This document shows, in pieces, positions 41,088-54,199 of a stretch of 64,000 bases of DNA; position 1 is the stretch's first letter, and the number at the start of each line of letters is the position of its first letter. The notes beneath the pieces are model-generated. The model saw only the letters and a list, made by a program, of their open reading frames with translations, made no database searches and was not told the origin of the DNA. Origin of the DNA: Eledone cirrhosa (taxonomy: Eukaryota). The DNA lies in assembly GCA_964016885.1 (NCBI GenBank), contig OZ024741.1, positions 319,300,001 to 319,364,000 on the forward strand. Reading direction: 5' to 3'. The position numbers and the translations under genes were made by a program.

Positions 41088-44000
41088 TCACAAATGTAAA
41101 CAGATATTGTCTGCAATTTCTTCTTTTATTGATTTTTCATTTCCTTTGTCATTTTTTTGGTTTTGAAATGGCTCCTGGGCCGACACATTGAGCAACTCAT
41201 TGTCATGAGCAATTGAAAGTGAATTCAGAGAAGTTTCTTTCTTAACAGAAATCATGTCCTTGACATTGGAAGGATGATTCACTTCAAGATTTTCAACTTG
41301 GATTAAATAGTCAGCAAGATTGTTTTGACCCCCAGTTTGTTTTGATCTTTGTTCTTTCAGATGGACTTTGATATGTTTTTTCAAGTTGTTTGACTGAGTA
41401 AAACTGAGATTGCAGAGATTACATTTGTAAGGTCGCTCACCTGTATGAATTCGTTTATGTTTTGTGAGGTGACTAGTTTGTGAAAAGGCTTTCTGGCAAA
41501 TATCACAATGAAATGGTCGTTCACCGGTATGTGTTCTCATATGGATACGTAGATCGGCCGGACGTATAAATGTTTTGAAACATTCGGTACAAAGATAAGG
41601 CCTTTCAACAGTGAGCTTTGCTTTATATCCTGTTAATAAGGTTGGGGTTGGGTTAGCATCTGGTTTGTAAGAACGTTTTACAGTTTGATTAGATTTGCTG
41701 TTGCCAAGCACAAGTTCCACATTAGTCTGTTGTTGATGGCTGGGGCAATATTCAAGTTGTAATTCTTCATTTGATTCATCTTTTGATGATGTTTGGGGGT
41801 TGGAAAAACAAGGAAGCAGCCGTCCTAGGAAAGATGACATTGAATTATTTCCACTGTCTAATGGAAAGTTTGTCTGGTTTTGATTCTGGTTCCGGTCATA
41901 CCTAGCTGAAGATGAAAGAGAAGTGTTTCTTGGAGCTAAATCCTTATTTTCTTCTATCACGTCAGCCTGGATATTGAGCCCATCCAGCTTCATGTCTTTT
42001 TTAATTGCTGGATAAGCAGGACAATTAGATGATTTAATTTCAGAGCTGTGTCTTGTAGTGGGTGTGGAACTAAATGACACATTTTCAAACTCTATGGATA
42101 ATGGATCAGAGATAACAGGTGATGGAGTCTGATGTTTCAGATGGTTTCCTACAAGATTAGAGTTCTGGAAAGTGTTATTTTCATTAACAAATATTGTTTG
42201 AGATTGTTGGGTTGGTACAATACAGCCTTCTGGTGAAGTGTATTGGGTGTTATCTGGTAGTTCCTGAGAATTTGTATAATTCAGCTTTTGGGAAAGAGCC
42301 TCATTAATTTGACCAGCTTTATTATTATTGTTATCATTATTATTATTACTACTCAAAGTTGTAGATTTAAAGTGAGTTTGAACATGCTTTTTTAGATTAC
42401 TAGATTGTGTAAAAGCAAGGTTACATAGAGCACAGGTATAAGGGCGTTCGCCAGTATGTACTCGTCTATGCTTTGTCAGGTGGCTTGTTTGAGCAAATTT
42501 TTTAGGGCAAATATCACATGAAAAGGGTTTTTCCCCAGTGTGGGTACGTATATGCAGGCGAAGGTCACCTGGACGAAGGAAAGCTTTGCCACAGCGTGAA
42601 CAACTATATGGTCTTCCTAGTGACATTTTGCGATGACGACCAGCACTTTGTGACACATCCCTGAGAAAGTTTCGCCCTTTGTTAGCCAATGCTGAGCGTC
42701 CTTTTAACATAGGTGTTAACTTTGGCTCCATCCTCTGACTCCAGTTCTGAGTTAAATGACTTGAGTGAGGGCCATGTGGAGGATAATTGGAGTTTAAAGA
42801 TGATGTGGATGGAACTCTCGGACATTTCTCTCGGTTGGGTCGTCTCTGGTGGCACTGATGGCTGGAAAATTCTTCTTCTTTCACAAATTCCATTCTACAT
42901 AAACCGCACCTGAAATTTTTTGCAATCCCTGATTTATTTCCCTGCTGTTGTTGTTGTTGCTGTCTAAGAAGCATCCAGTGCAATTGTTGGTGGTCAGTAA
43001 AATCTGTAAACTGGACAAAATATGCAGGACAGAATTCACACTGGAAAAGCTCATTGTGAGCAGAAGCAACATGGGAGAGGAAGTCAGTAAGGTGGACAAA
43101 CTGAATAGGGCATAGTTTGCATGTATAAAACTGATCTGATGAGAAAGAATTTTGATTTCTGTGGTGCTGAAGGTCAAAATCAGAAGTTGTAGTACATGCT
43201 TTTGACACACCACCAGATTCAGGTTCACATAAGTTAATAACATTGGTAGGTTTTATAGAGAGTGAGCTAGGGTATCTATTATTAGAGGTTAAAGATGAAT
43301 GTGGTTTCAAGGAGGCAGAGTTGGCACTTACTCTGTGAATCCTCAGTTTTGTGTTTTGGTGGGTCTTGTTTGCTTTCACTGAGGTGGTCACTGTTGACAT
43401 TGACAACTGGCCTGGCATGGAAATAGGAGAAAGATGCTTTGTTCTTAAATGTTTCTTCATGTGAACGGAGAGGGCTACACTGGAGAAGAAATGGCGCAGA
43501 CAGTACTTACAACGATGAAGGAATTTGGAATTCATGTTAGAAATAACGCTGTTACTACTGGTAGTTGTATTACCTTTGCTGATGTCCTCAACTATCACAT
43601 TTTTTGAGGTATTGTTGGCCTTAAAGTGGGTCCGTACATGTTTCTTTAAATTACTTGACTGAGTGAAAGCTAAACTACACATTGAACATTTGTACGGGCG
43701 TTCTCCTGTGTGAATCCTTCGATGTTTAGTCAGGTGACTGGTCTGTGCAAATGCTTTTGGACAGAGGTCACACTTGAATGGTCGTTCTCCGGTATGGGTG
43801 CGCATATGCAGCCGGAGGTCAGCAGTGCGGTAAAAGGCCTTAGAACAGTGCTGACAAATAACAGAACGGTGTTTACTAGTTGTTGTTGTTGCACCATGAT
43901 CTCTTCTGCCATCAGCCTCTAGTCTTTGTAGAGAATCATTAAAACTATTTGATGTGTCATTCAATAATATCACTTCTGTTTTGGCTGCTAAAGTGGAAGC

Positions 44001-44249
44001 AATGGTCTCAACTGTTTCTGCTATACCAAAAGATGGCTGATTCATTTCTGATGCCTGTGTAGAATGCTTGTTGCTGCTAATGGACACATCCCCTAAAGTA
44101 GCTGGGTCAAATCTGGTTTCCAACACAGGGAACTCTGTAGAAATGGGTGCTTCATGTGAAGATTGAGGAGACAATGATATAGGTTCTAATTTGAACTCCT
44201 CTTCAGTAGGAATAAAATGAGTTGGAGGAGTCTGAAGGGAAGTTGCCAT
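41088..44249 (-). CDS. C2H2 zinc-finger protein, 1053 aa, single coding exon; three 3-finger clusters plus 4 isolated fingers
   Basis: Uninterrupted ORF with TGERP/TGEKP linkers; in-frame TAA 27 nt upstream of ATG; acceptor-like TTTTTTCACTTAG at 44497-44509 (minus) suggests a 5' UTR intron; AATAAA (minus) near 40995. Confidence 0.95.
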   Translation of the reverse strand: MATSLQTPPTHFIPTEEEFKLEPISLSPQSSHEAPISTEFPVLETRFDPATLGDVSISSNKHSTQASEMNQPSFGIAETVETIASTLAAKTEVILLNDTSNSFNDSLQRLEADGRRDHGATTTTSKHRSVICQHCSKAFYRTADLRLHMRTHTGERPFKCDLCPKAFAQTSHLTKHRRIHTGERPYKCSMCSLAFTQSSNLKKHVRTHFKANNTSKNVIVEDISKGNTTTSSNSVISNMNSKFLHRCKYCLRHFFSSVALSVHMKKHLRTKHLSPISMPGQLSMSTVTTSVKANKTHQNTKLRIHRVSANSASLKPHSSLTSNNRYPSSLSIKPTNVINLCEPESGGVSKACTTTSDFDLQHHRNQNSFSSDQFYTCKLCPIQFVHLTDFLSHVASAHNELFQCEFCPAYFVQFTDFTDHQQLHWMLLRQQQQQQQGNKSGIAKNFRCGLCRMEFVKEEEFSSHQCHQRRPNREKCPRVPSTSSLNSNYPPHGPHSSHLTQNWSQRMEPKLTPMLKGRSALANKGRNFLRDVSQSAGRHRKMSLGRPYSCSRCGKAFLRPGDLRLHIRTHTGEKPFSCDICPKKFAQTSHLTKHRRVHTGERPYTCALCNLAFTQSSNLKKHVQTHFKSTTLSSNNNNDNNNNKAGQINEALSQKLNYTNSQELPDNTQYTSPEGCIVPTQQSQTIFVNENNTFQNSNLVGNHLKHQTPSPVISDPLSIEFENVSFSSTPTTRHSSEIKSSNCPAYPAIKKDMKLDGLNIQADVIEENKDLAPRNTSLSSSARYDRNQNQNQTNFPLDSGNNSMSSFLGRLLPCFSNPQTSSKDESNEELQLEYCPSHQQQTNVELVLGNSKSNQTVKRSYKPDANPTPTLLTGYKAKLTVERPYLCTECFKTFIRPADLRIHMRTHTGERPFHCDICQKAFSQTSHLTKHKRIHTGERPYKCNLCNLSFTQSNNLKKHIKVHLKEQRSKQTGGQNNLADYLIQVENLEVNHPSNVKDMISVKKETSLNSLSIAHDNELLNVSAQEPFQNQKNDKGNEKSIKEEIADNICLHL

Positions 44250-45219
44250 TGTAATACCAAGACAATCCAGCAGTTAACTAATATGTTCTTCAATGTTGCA
44301 AAATCTGTTATTTCTGGTCCATTCCTTTTTTCTCGTTATCAGATATTGTTTGCCTTGTTTTGTTGTTGTTGCTTTTGAAAATGGATGAATTTTAGAAGCT
44401 TTAAATGAAACTGTAAAAAGCTGTTGTAATGAACTTCCTGGACAGATGGTTGATAATCATGTGACCAACTTCTGAGAAGGGAGGTAAATGCTGCATCTAA
44501 GTGAAAAAATAAATTAACCAATTTATGAACTCTTTCAATTAATTAATCAAGAATTTTGAGGGATTTACTAAAATTATTATTTCATTACTATGGTAGTAGA
44601 CATATGGTTCTTATATATAATTATGAATGATGAGGTGGGGTTGGCTGGGTTGGTATCAAAAGGGTTAATTGAAATGAGAAGGCTGATTTCTTGGTATGGA
44701 ATGGTATATTGTATGGTATGGCATAGAATGGTATGATATATGGTATAATATATGGTATATTGTATGATATATGGCATGGATTATTGGAAGCTGATCAAAT
44801 ACAGAATTTTCTTTTGTGACAGACACCTCATCTCAGATGTACACCAAAGCTAAGTCTCCTTCAACAGCACCATTTGCAAGATAAATTAAATCTTAATGTT
44901 CTGTACCAATGAAGCCACATTAGCAAGAAATAAAAAAAAATACAAAACAGCACTATGACTTCATCACATATATAATTAAAGTTTTTACTCTAATATAGGA
45001 AAGTTTTATAACAATTTTCTGTTCATTATGTTAAGAAACCTGTTTGGTGATATTTGTGCTAAATTGTTACAGGATGTTAAGTGTAGAATGTGAACAGTGT
45101 AGTGGAAATTGGAGGCTTAATAATGTTCTTGGTGAGTTCAGAGTAAGAAGTGTCAAAAATTAGCTTTATCAGCTTACCAAACTGTAAGTTGAAATTATTT
45201 TATTTGGGAGTATGGAGCA

Positions 45220-45632
45220 CATATTGCATGGCTAGTCTATGGTACTAAATATTCAGGCATACATTGTAGGGCTAGCCCAAGGCAGTAAATACACAGACAT
45301 ACATTGTTAAGCTAGTATAGGGCACTAAATACCCAGGTATACATTGTGGAGCTTGCCTATGGCACTAAATACCCAGACACACATTGTAGAGTTAGCCTTG
45401 GGTACTAAATACCCAGGTACAAGTTGTACAGCTAACATAGGGCATTAAATATCCAGGCAAACATTGTAGAGCTAACATTGAGGACTAAATACCTGGGTAC
45501 ACATTATTGAGCTAACACAGGGCATACATTATATGGCTAGCCTAAAGCACTAAATACCCAGGTACATATTGTAGAGCTAGCCTAGGGCACTAAATACCCA
45601 GGTACACATTGTAGAGCTAACCTAGGGCATTG
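45220..45632. repeat. 40-bp minisatellite, about 10 diverged copies
   Basis: Unit GGGCACTAAATACCCAGGTACACATTGTAGAGCTAGCCTA. Confidence 0.85.
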
Positions 45633-48185
45633 AATAGCCAGTGTCTGGGTTGGTGTGCACCGCACTTCCTACAACGATTATTATGAAAATTAAACAAATA
45701 TAACTCGAATTTCATCTGCAACTTATTTTGTTTCGATTTTTGCCCTAACACAAATAATGATTTATAATTGAGGGACATTGCCAACAATTTGAGATGGGGG
45801 ACCATTGAGCCCAGTATTTGACTGGTACTTTATCAACCCCAAAATAACGAAAGATAAAGTTAACCTAGGCAGGATTTGCACTCAGAACATAAACTGGAAG
45901 AAATACTACAAGGTATTTTATTCGATTGTCTAACGATTTTGCCAATCTGCCACCTTAATAATAATAGTTTCTACTTTTGGCACAAGGCCAGCAATTATCC
46001 CAGTGTATTACTGGTACTTTATTTTATCGACCCCGTAAGGATGAAAGGCAAGTTAACCTCGGCGAGATTTGAACTCAGAATGGCAAGGGTCGTAACTCTA
46101 TGCGTTAAAGCATGGCGTCCAGCCCTCTACCGATACTGCCGATCCACAATAATAATGGTTTCTGATTTAGGATCAAGGCCAACAATTATGGAGGAGGGAA
46201 AAGTCGATTAAATCGATCTCAGTGCGTTACTGGTACTTTATTTTATCGTAAGGATGAAGGCAATCCATGATCACTGGGAGCATGCTTACAGTAGCATGTC
46301 CATTCATTAGAGCGGTTCTCGCTTAATCCACCTGTGGGCACTGCATTGATTTCAGTTCAAATAGTTTTATGGTTTACTTTAGGGACGTTAATGCGTTTGG
46401 AAAGTTGCCTACTCGCTATCCATCGCCAACAGAAATAGCAGTCAGATCTCTCTCAAGTTATAGCATGTCGTCTTCATTGTCGAAAACACACAATCTGTTG
46501 TTCCTAACCTTTAAACTCCCACAGAACCCTTTCATGTAAACCAACGTTTCACACAATCAAAAGAGAGAAATCTTTATATATAGCGAAGAATGGACATCCA
46601 ATAGTTTTATGTTTATTAAAAAATACTGGACATTTTGAACTTAGATCACGTTCCCATATTTTGATAACCAGTCCTAGATACTCTTAAAAAAGACGAGATG
46701 ATCATGGCTGGAAAGCCTTTGATCATAGGGCTGCTAGATTAGGGCTGATCTAGGGCTAAGCAATAATAACAATAACCTCGTACCTATGTAGACTTCTAAT
46801 TTTAGGTGCAAAACCACCATTTTCTAGGAAGTGAAAGGGATAGGCGATTGAACTCGGAATGATGAAAGGCAAAGTTGACCTTGGAGAAGGATTTGAATTC
46901 AAAACGTAAAGAGTAATTAATAATATAAAACGGAAACAAATAATGTGAAAGAAAACAATAAAGAGATTATCAATAAAGAAAACATCATAAGATACAAACC
47001 TGTGAAACAAATCCATAGTTAGGGACGAGACGAAAATGTATTAACAGTGAAAGAGGCCCGAAATAGCCATAAAATACTTAGATAAATAAATTTTCAATGT
47101 TAAGGTTTTATAATTTCGTGTTTAAACTACGGAAGAATACAAAATATTTTGTCTCCATAACGGTGTAACGGCAACTATAAAAACTCTGTCCTCGATTAGA
47201 AGATATACCCGGATATATTTTACACACAGCAAATTGATATTACAAAATGTAGAATGTGGTTGCTTTTTCCTTCCAGTGAAAACACATATCTTAGTGAATA
47301 GGGTGCTCGGCTGACGATCGTAAAGTTGTTTATTCTAATTCCCGAAGAGCACCTGGATGTCTTTGAGCAAAACACTTTTATTTCACTTTAGCTTACTAAG
47401 GGGTTGTAACCTAGCTTTTTGTTCAGGGTAATAGTCTCCCATAGGTATAAAATTCGTAGAAAATATTTATAAAATTCACACACACACACATATCACTTTA
47501 CATCTTTCCTAACGTCTACCACTTGACAGAGTAGATACCAGGAGCTTTTTATCATGACACTAACACTAACATTTTACAGGGTGTACTATGTGCATTTTAT
47601 CTTGACACCAAAACTACTATTTTACAGAATGCAGTGGGTACATTTTATTGAAACATCAACATTACAGTGTTCCAGAGTATACTGGGTGCATTTTATCGTG
47701 GCACTGAAACAACCCCATTTCAGAATGTCCGGGGGGAGAGGGAGGGGCATATTATTGTGATACCACAGCTACCACGTAAAAAAGTATACTGAGTGCATTT
47801 TATCATGACACCAACGCTACCACATTTCAGAGTGTACTGGGGACATTTTAACATGACTTCGGAACTATCACCTTTCAGAGTCTACAGGGTGCATTTTATC
47901 ATGGCACCAGAAGCACCACTATATCATCATCATCACCAAGATCGTCGTTGTCGTCGTTTAACAATCAATTCCATGCATACATAGGTTAGATGGGTTTTCA
48001 CTTTCTAACCAGTAAGGTGACCACATCTTACTTATACGTACCATTTTGGCTTGGTTTTCTACAGATGGATGTTCTTCATAACGTCAACCACTTTACAGCA
48101 TGTACTGGGTGCTTATTATTGTGGCACTTGCACTACCACTTTACAGTTTGGACTGGATGTTTTTGCTTGTGGGCACCAGCTTGAT

Positions 48186-49327
48186 TACTTTACAGAGTGT
48201 ACTGGGTATATTTTATCTTGGCACAAGCAATACCACTTTACAGAGTGTACTGGGTATATTTTATCTTGGCACAAGCAATACCACTTTACAGAGTGTACTG
48301 GGTGTATTTTATCTTGGCACAAGCAATACCACTTTACAGAATGTATTGGGTATATTTTATCGTGGCACAAGCACTACCACTTTACAGAGTGTACTGGGTG
48401 TATTTTATCTTGGCACAAGCAATACCACTTTACAGAATGTATTGGGTGTATTTTATCGTGGCACAAGCACTACCACTTTACAGAGTGTACTGGGTGTATT
48501 TTATCTTGGCACAAGCAATACCACTTTACAGAATGTATTGGGTGTATTTTATCGTGGCACAAGCACTACCACTTTACAGAGTGTACTGAGTGTATTTTAT
48601 CGTGGCATCAGCACTATCATTTTACAGAGTGTACTGGGTGTATTTTATCATGGCAACAGCACTACCACTTTACAGAGTGTACTGCGTGTATTTTATCTTG
48701 GTACCAGCAATATCACTTTACAGAATATACTGGGTGTATTTTATCGTGGTACCAGCACTATCACTTTACAGAGTGTACTGGGTGTATTTTATCGTGGCAA
48801 CAGCACTACCACTTTACAGAGTGTACTGGGTGTATTTTATCGTGGTATCAGCACTATCACTTTACAGAGTGTACTGGGTGTATTTTATCGTGGTACCAGT
48901 GCTATCACTTTACAGAGTGTACTGGGTCTATTTTATCGTGGTACCAGCACTATCACTTTACTGAGTGTACTGGGCGTATTTTATCGTGGTACCAGTACTA
49001 TCACTTTACAGAGTGTACTGGGTGTATTTTATCGTGGTACCAGCACTATCACTTTACAGAGTGTACTGAGTATATTTTATCGTGGCACCAGCACTATCAC
49101 TTTACAGAGTGTGCTGGGTGTATTTTATCGTGACAACAGCACTACCACTTTACAGAGTGTACTGGGTATATTTTATCGTGACACCAGCACTATCACGTTA
49201 CAGAGTGTACTGGGTGTATTTTATCGTGGTACCAGCACTAGCACTTTACAGAGTGTACTGGGTGTATTTTATCGTGGCACCAGCACTATCACTTTACAGA
49301 GTGTAATGGGTGTATTTTATCGTGGTA
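48186..49327. repeat. 48-bp minisatellite, about 24 copies
   Basis: Unit CACTTTACAGAGTGTACTGGGTGTATTTTATCGTGGTACCAGCACTAT; degenerate copies at 47500-47930. Confidence 0.95.
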
Positions 49328-49403
49328 CAGTCAGGTTGAGGAAAGCAGCGATGGGAATGGGAATCGGCAGGTTACATGATGCTTGTCTGAAAGAGGGGGG
49401 GGG

Positions 49404-51380
49404 GCATCCCACAGTGAGAGAACGTGTGGTGGGTTGTAGAGCCGGGCCTGGGGGCGAGGCCATCCGATAGTGAGAGAACATGTGGTGGGTTGTAGAGCCG
49501 GGCCTGGGAACGAGGCCATCCGATAGTGAGAACATGTGGTGGGTTGTAGAGCCGAGCCTGGGGGCGAGGCCATCCCATAGTGAGAGAACATGTGGTGGGT
49601 TGCAGAGCCAGGCCTGGGGAAGAGGCCATCCCATAGTGAGAGAACATGTGGTGGGTTGCAGAGCCGGGCCTGGGGAAGAGGCCATCCCATAGTGAGAGAA
49701 CATGTGGTGGGTTGTAGAGCCGGGCCTGGGGGCGAGGCCATCCCACAGTGAGAGAACATGTGGTGGGTTGCAGAGCCGGGCCTGGGGAAGAGGCCATCCC
49801 ATAGTGAGAGAACATGTGGTGGGTTGCAGAGCCGGGCCTGGTGGAGAGGCCATCCCATAGTGAGAGAAAGTGTGGTGGGTTGCAGAGCCGGGCCTGGTGG
49901 AGAGGCCATCCAATAGTGAGAGAACATGTGGTGGGTTGCAGAGCCGGGCCTGGTGGAGAGGCCATCCAATAGTGAGAGAACATGTGGTGGGTTGTAGAGC
50001 CGGGCCTGGGAGCGAGGCCAACCGATAGTGAGAACATGTGGTGGGTTGTAGAGCCGAGCCTGGGGGCGAGGCCATCCCATAGTGAGGGAACATGTGGTGG
50101 GTTGTAGAGCCGGGCCTGGGAGAGTGGCCATCCCATAGTGAGAGAATATGTGGTGGGTTGCAGAGCCAGGCCTGGGGAACAGGCCATCCCATAGTGAGAG
50201 AACATGTGGTGGGTTGTAGAGCCGGGCCTGGGGGAGAGGCCATCCCATAGTGAGAGAACATGTGGTGGGTTGTAGAGCCGGGCCTGGGGGAGAGGCCATC
50301 CCATAGTGAGAGAACATGTGGTGGGTTGTAGAGCCGGGCCTGGGGAACAGGCCATCCCATAGTGAGAGAACATGTGGTGGGTTGTAGAGCCGGGCCTGGG
50401 GGAGAGGCCATCCCATAGTGAGAGAACATGTGGTGGGTTGTATAGTCGGGCCTGGGGAAGAGGCCATCCGATAGTGAGAGAACATGTGGTGGGTTGTAGA
50501 GCCGGGCCTGGGGGCGAGGCCATCCGATAGTGAGAACATGTGGTGGGTTGTAGAGCCGGGCCTGGGAGAGTGGCCATCCCATAGTGAGAGAATATGTGGT
50601 GGGCTGCAGAGCCAGGCCTGGGGAACAGGCCATCCCATAGTGAGAGAACATGTGGTGGGTTGTAGAGCCGGGCCTGGGGGAGAGGCCATCCCATAGTGAG
50701 AGAACATGTGGTGGGTTGTAGAGCCGGGCCTGGGGGAGAGGCCATCCCATAGTGAGAGAACATGTGGTGGGTTGTATAGTCGGGCCTGGGGGCGAGGCCA
50801 TCCGATAGTGAGAGAACATGTGGTGGGTTGTAGAGCCGGGCCTGGGGCGAGGCCATCCGATAGTGAGAACATGTGGTGGGTTGTAGAGCCGGGCCTGGGG
50901 CGAGGCCATCCGATAGTGAGAGAACATGTGGTGGGTTGTAGAGCCGGGCCTGGGGCGAGGCCATCCGATAGTGAGAACATGTGGTGGGTTGTAGAGCCGA
51001 GCCTGGGAACAGGCCATCCCATAGTGAGAGAACATGTGGTGGGTTGTAGAGCCGGGCTTGGGGAAGAGGCCATCTAATAGTGAGAGAACATGTGGTGGGT
51101 TGTAGAGCCGGGCCTGGGGGCGTGGCCATCCGATAGTGAGAACATGTGGTGGGTTATAGAGCCGGCCCTGATGGAGAGGCCATCCCATAGTGAGAGAACA
51201 TGTGGTGGGTTGCAAAGCCGTACCTGGGGGAGAGGCTATCCCATAGTGAGAGAACATGTGGTGGGTTGTAGAGCCGGGCCTGGGTGAGAGGCCATCCGAT
51301 AGTGAGAGAATATGTGGTGGGTTGTAGAGCCGGGCCTGAGGGCGAGGCCATCCGATAGTGGGAATATGTGGTGGGTTGGG
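49404..51380. repeat. 56-bp GC-rich minisatellite, about 35 copies (53-56 bp variants)
   Basis: Unit CATCCCATAGTGAGAGAACATGTGGTGGGTTGTAGAGCCGGGCCTGGGGGAGAGGC. Confidence 0.95.
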
Positions 51381-52479
51381 GAGGAGTTCTTGGTAAAGGG
51401 TCATCCCACAATACGAACACATTTGCTTGCTTACGGAGGTGGCCTTGAAGAAAGTGAGTGACGATTGGCATTCTATTGATGCGTGCCTCGCGTCTCATGT
51501 TGGCATGCGTTGAACAGGGAAGGTATGATCAGTGTGGTTGGTTACTGATAGTGTAGTGGTCAGTCTTGTGGCATAATGGTCATTGTTGTGGGGCTAGCGG
51601 TCAGTGTTCTGTTATGTAGAGAAGGGGCTATATCTTACATCTAGTCTGGTCATATAACTAGCTTTGGTGGAACCTACATTTCACATATGGTCTTGTCCTA
51701 TTTATCAGCTTTGGTGCAGCCAACATTTCACACCTAGTCTGTGTGTGTTAGCTGCTTTGGTGGAACCTACAATTCATATCTGGTCCGTGCTTATTACCAG
51801 CTTTTAGGTTGAGGTGGGATGGGGTTTTCACATCACATCTGGCTTTTGGAAAAGAGCGAAGGTGGAGAAGGGTGCTAGCTTGTAGGTTCCCTATTAATGA
51901 CTGAAACCAGTAACATAATAAAATAAAATGAATTATTAAAAAAGATATGAGGACAGAAATTTCGCTGTTCTCGTCCTTCTGCCATGCATGCTCTGCTGTT
52001 GACAGTGCCTGCTTGCATTGGCGTCAACCAATAACTGAAATATAATTTAATTTTAGTCAATACCAAGAATAAATTTGATGCTTGATAAATTGTCAGAGTC
52101 ATTATTGAATTAAATTGTATTGTACTTTTACAGCTGTTGTTTACAGATCCATTACTGATTATCTTGCACACAAACTACTCTTTCAGCGTTCGTCCATCTA
52201 TCGCCAGCCTTCATAAACGCTATATTTAGGAATAACCACATATTTACAGCTTTATATGTTATGTCATTCAATTTTCTTATTTCATATTTACGTCTATCAT
52301 CCATATATTCATGTTTACTACTTAGACACAACAGTTGATCAGCGCTAGTTCCGAGTATCTAATCAACGGAATATTGTGTGTAAAACAACTGTTACCACAA
52401 CAGAAGCAATGTGGCCAATCATTGAACTGATATAGGCCTGGAGCAGGCTGGTTTATCCAGAAATGATGGGAAGAAACCA

Positions 52480-52955
52480 GACAGCCTTACCCTTTGTCCC
52501 TGGGTAAGAGTTAGGTGTCTCATCTGGGACGTCATAGTCAGTGACTCTTTTGCTCCCTCCAACATCATGGATGCCGCGGTAAATGTGCGGGGTCACTTCT
52601 TCCGCTACCGAACGGAATAAAATTAGGAGATACCTCGATTTATCCAATAATTATTTTTTCGAGACTGTGGCGTTCGAGAAGTTTGGTGGAGTTGGGCCGC
52701 TGACAGCAAAATTCTTGTCATCACTGGCGGCTCACCTTACTGAGGTGTCAGACGATGCCCATGAGGGTGCCTGGTTATTTCAGCGCCTTAGTCTCGCCAT
52801 CACTCGTGATAATGCTGCGAGCGTGTTGACTTGCCTCAAAGTATTTAGTTAACTCCTAAGATGTGAGGTGCCACCGATTATCGCACTTGGTGATGAATCC
52901 CTTCCCCCACCTTACTGTTCAATGAGTTAAACAAATGCTATTTTCATAATAAAGC
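52480..52955 (+). mobile_element. CRE-clade LINE 3' end (restriction-like endonuclease)
   Basis: LIWDV.., VAFEKFGGVGP..FL..L..E..WLFQRLSLAITRDNAASVL, then AATAAA. Confidence 0.75.
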
Positions 52956-53160
52956 TTTTCTGACGTAAATTTCATTCTGATTATCAGTACACTACGTTGA
53001 AATATACCTCTATTTTGTCAGTGAAAATATAGTTTTTCCTTCTATTTAACTCCAGTAAAGAGGCCCTGGACCAACATAGATTTTCTATGTATGGCTCTAA
53101 TTATGGTATCTGGGACTTTAGTAGGACGAAGAGCTTCTAGTATCCAACAGCGGAGAACAC

Positions 53161-53238
<78 letters not shown>

Positions 53239-54199
53239 CTCGCTCTTGGATGCTATAGCTAACATGCAATTTAGTAGAATCTGTTAAATGGTTAGGTTTT
53301 CATTGACTAAATCGGCAACATCACTGAACCTGCTCGGTGTAGAGGGTGATTTTTGGACTCCCTACAGAATGAAAAACAAAACTCATCAAAGGAAAGAGGA
53401 ACTCACGAGAGTCTATGGCCGTCGAATAGTGTATAGATATACATTATCATTTAAAAATTGTGTGTTCCAAATAAGCAGGTGGAGAAGTTCAAGTATCTCC
53501 GGGCCGTGTTTACGAGTGATGGGAGGCACGAGGCTGAATTAAGTTAAAACAATTGCAGGAGCTGGTGCAGTAATGCGTTGGCTTCAACATCCGACCACCA
53601 GAAGAAGGGAGATAGATATAAAGGTCTAAATGTAAGGGTCAAACATGCCGTCTTTTATTTGGTATTCGTGCCAACACTTATCTATGAACCTTGGGTAATG
53701 ACCAAAATATTACGATAGCGAATACAAGCGGCTAAAATGGAGTTCCTTCGAAGGTTCTTTGGAATAACGTTACTCAACAGTAAGTTGCTCCAGGTAGACC
53801 TGCTACTTCTCCGAATTGAGCGATCACAGCTCCGATATTACGGACGTGTGGTTAAAATATCCCAGGAAAGAATCGTTGGACAGACTTTTCGGGCAAATCC
53901 AACCAGCAGGTGACTCAGGCTAGGCCCGAGTAAGGTGGTTGGATAACGTCCATGAGCTCCGCTGGTCACGCTTGGGGATCCAGACGAATGGATCAATTGG
54001 ACTCACTTGCTTTAGCATAACCTGCTAAAGGGCTCTGCTCCACGACGTCCCCAGAAAAAAAATACTTATTTTTAGAAAAAGAAATAATTTTTAGAATTAT
54101 CTCCCTTGTTACATATCATATTAGAGAAATAACACAACAGAGTAACGTCCCCTGATACATTATTTGTTAATTTTGCTGTAAACGTTTGGAGCAGGAGTC

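Noticed and set aside
42713-43922. Short ORFs overlapping the zinc-finger CDS
   Set aside because: Shadow frames of a real coding sequence.
48186-51380. CRISPR-like arrays or repeat proteins (YHFTECTGCILSW; PQARLYNPPH)
   Set aside because: Head-to-tail tandem units with no unique spacers, no cas genes, eukaryotic context; ORFs follow from unit composition.
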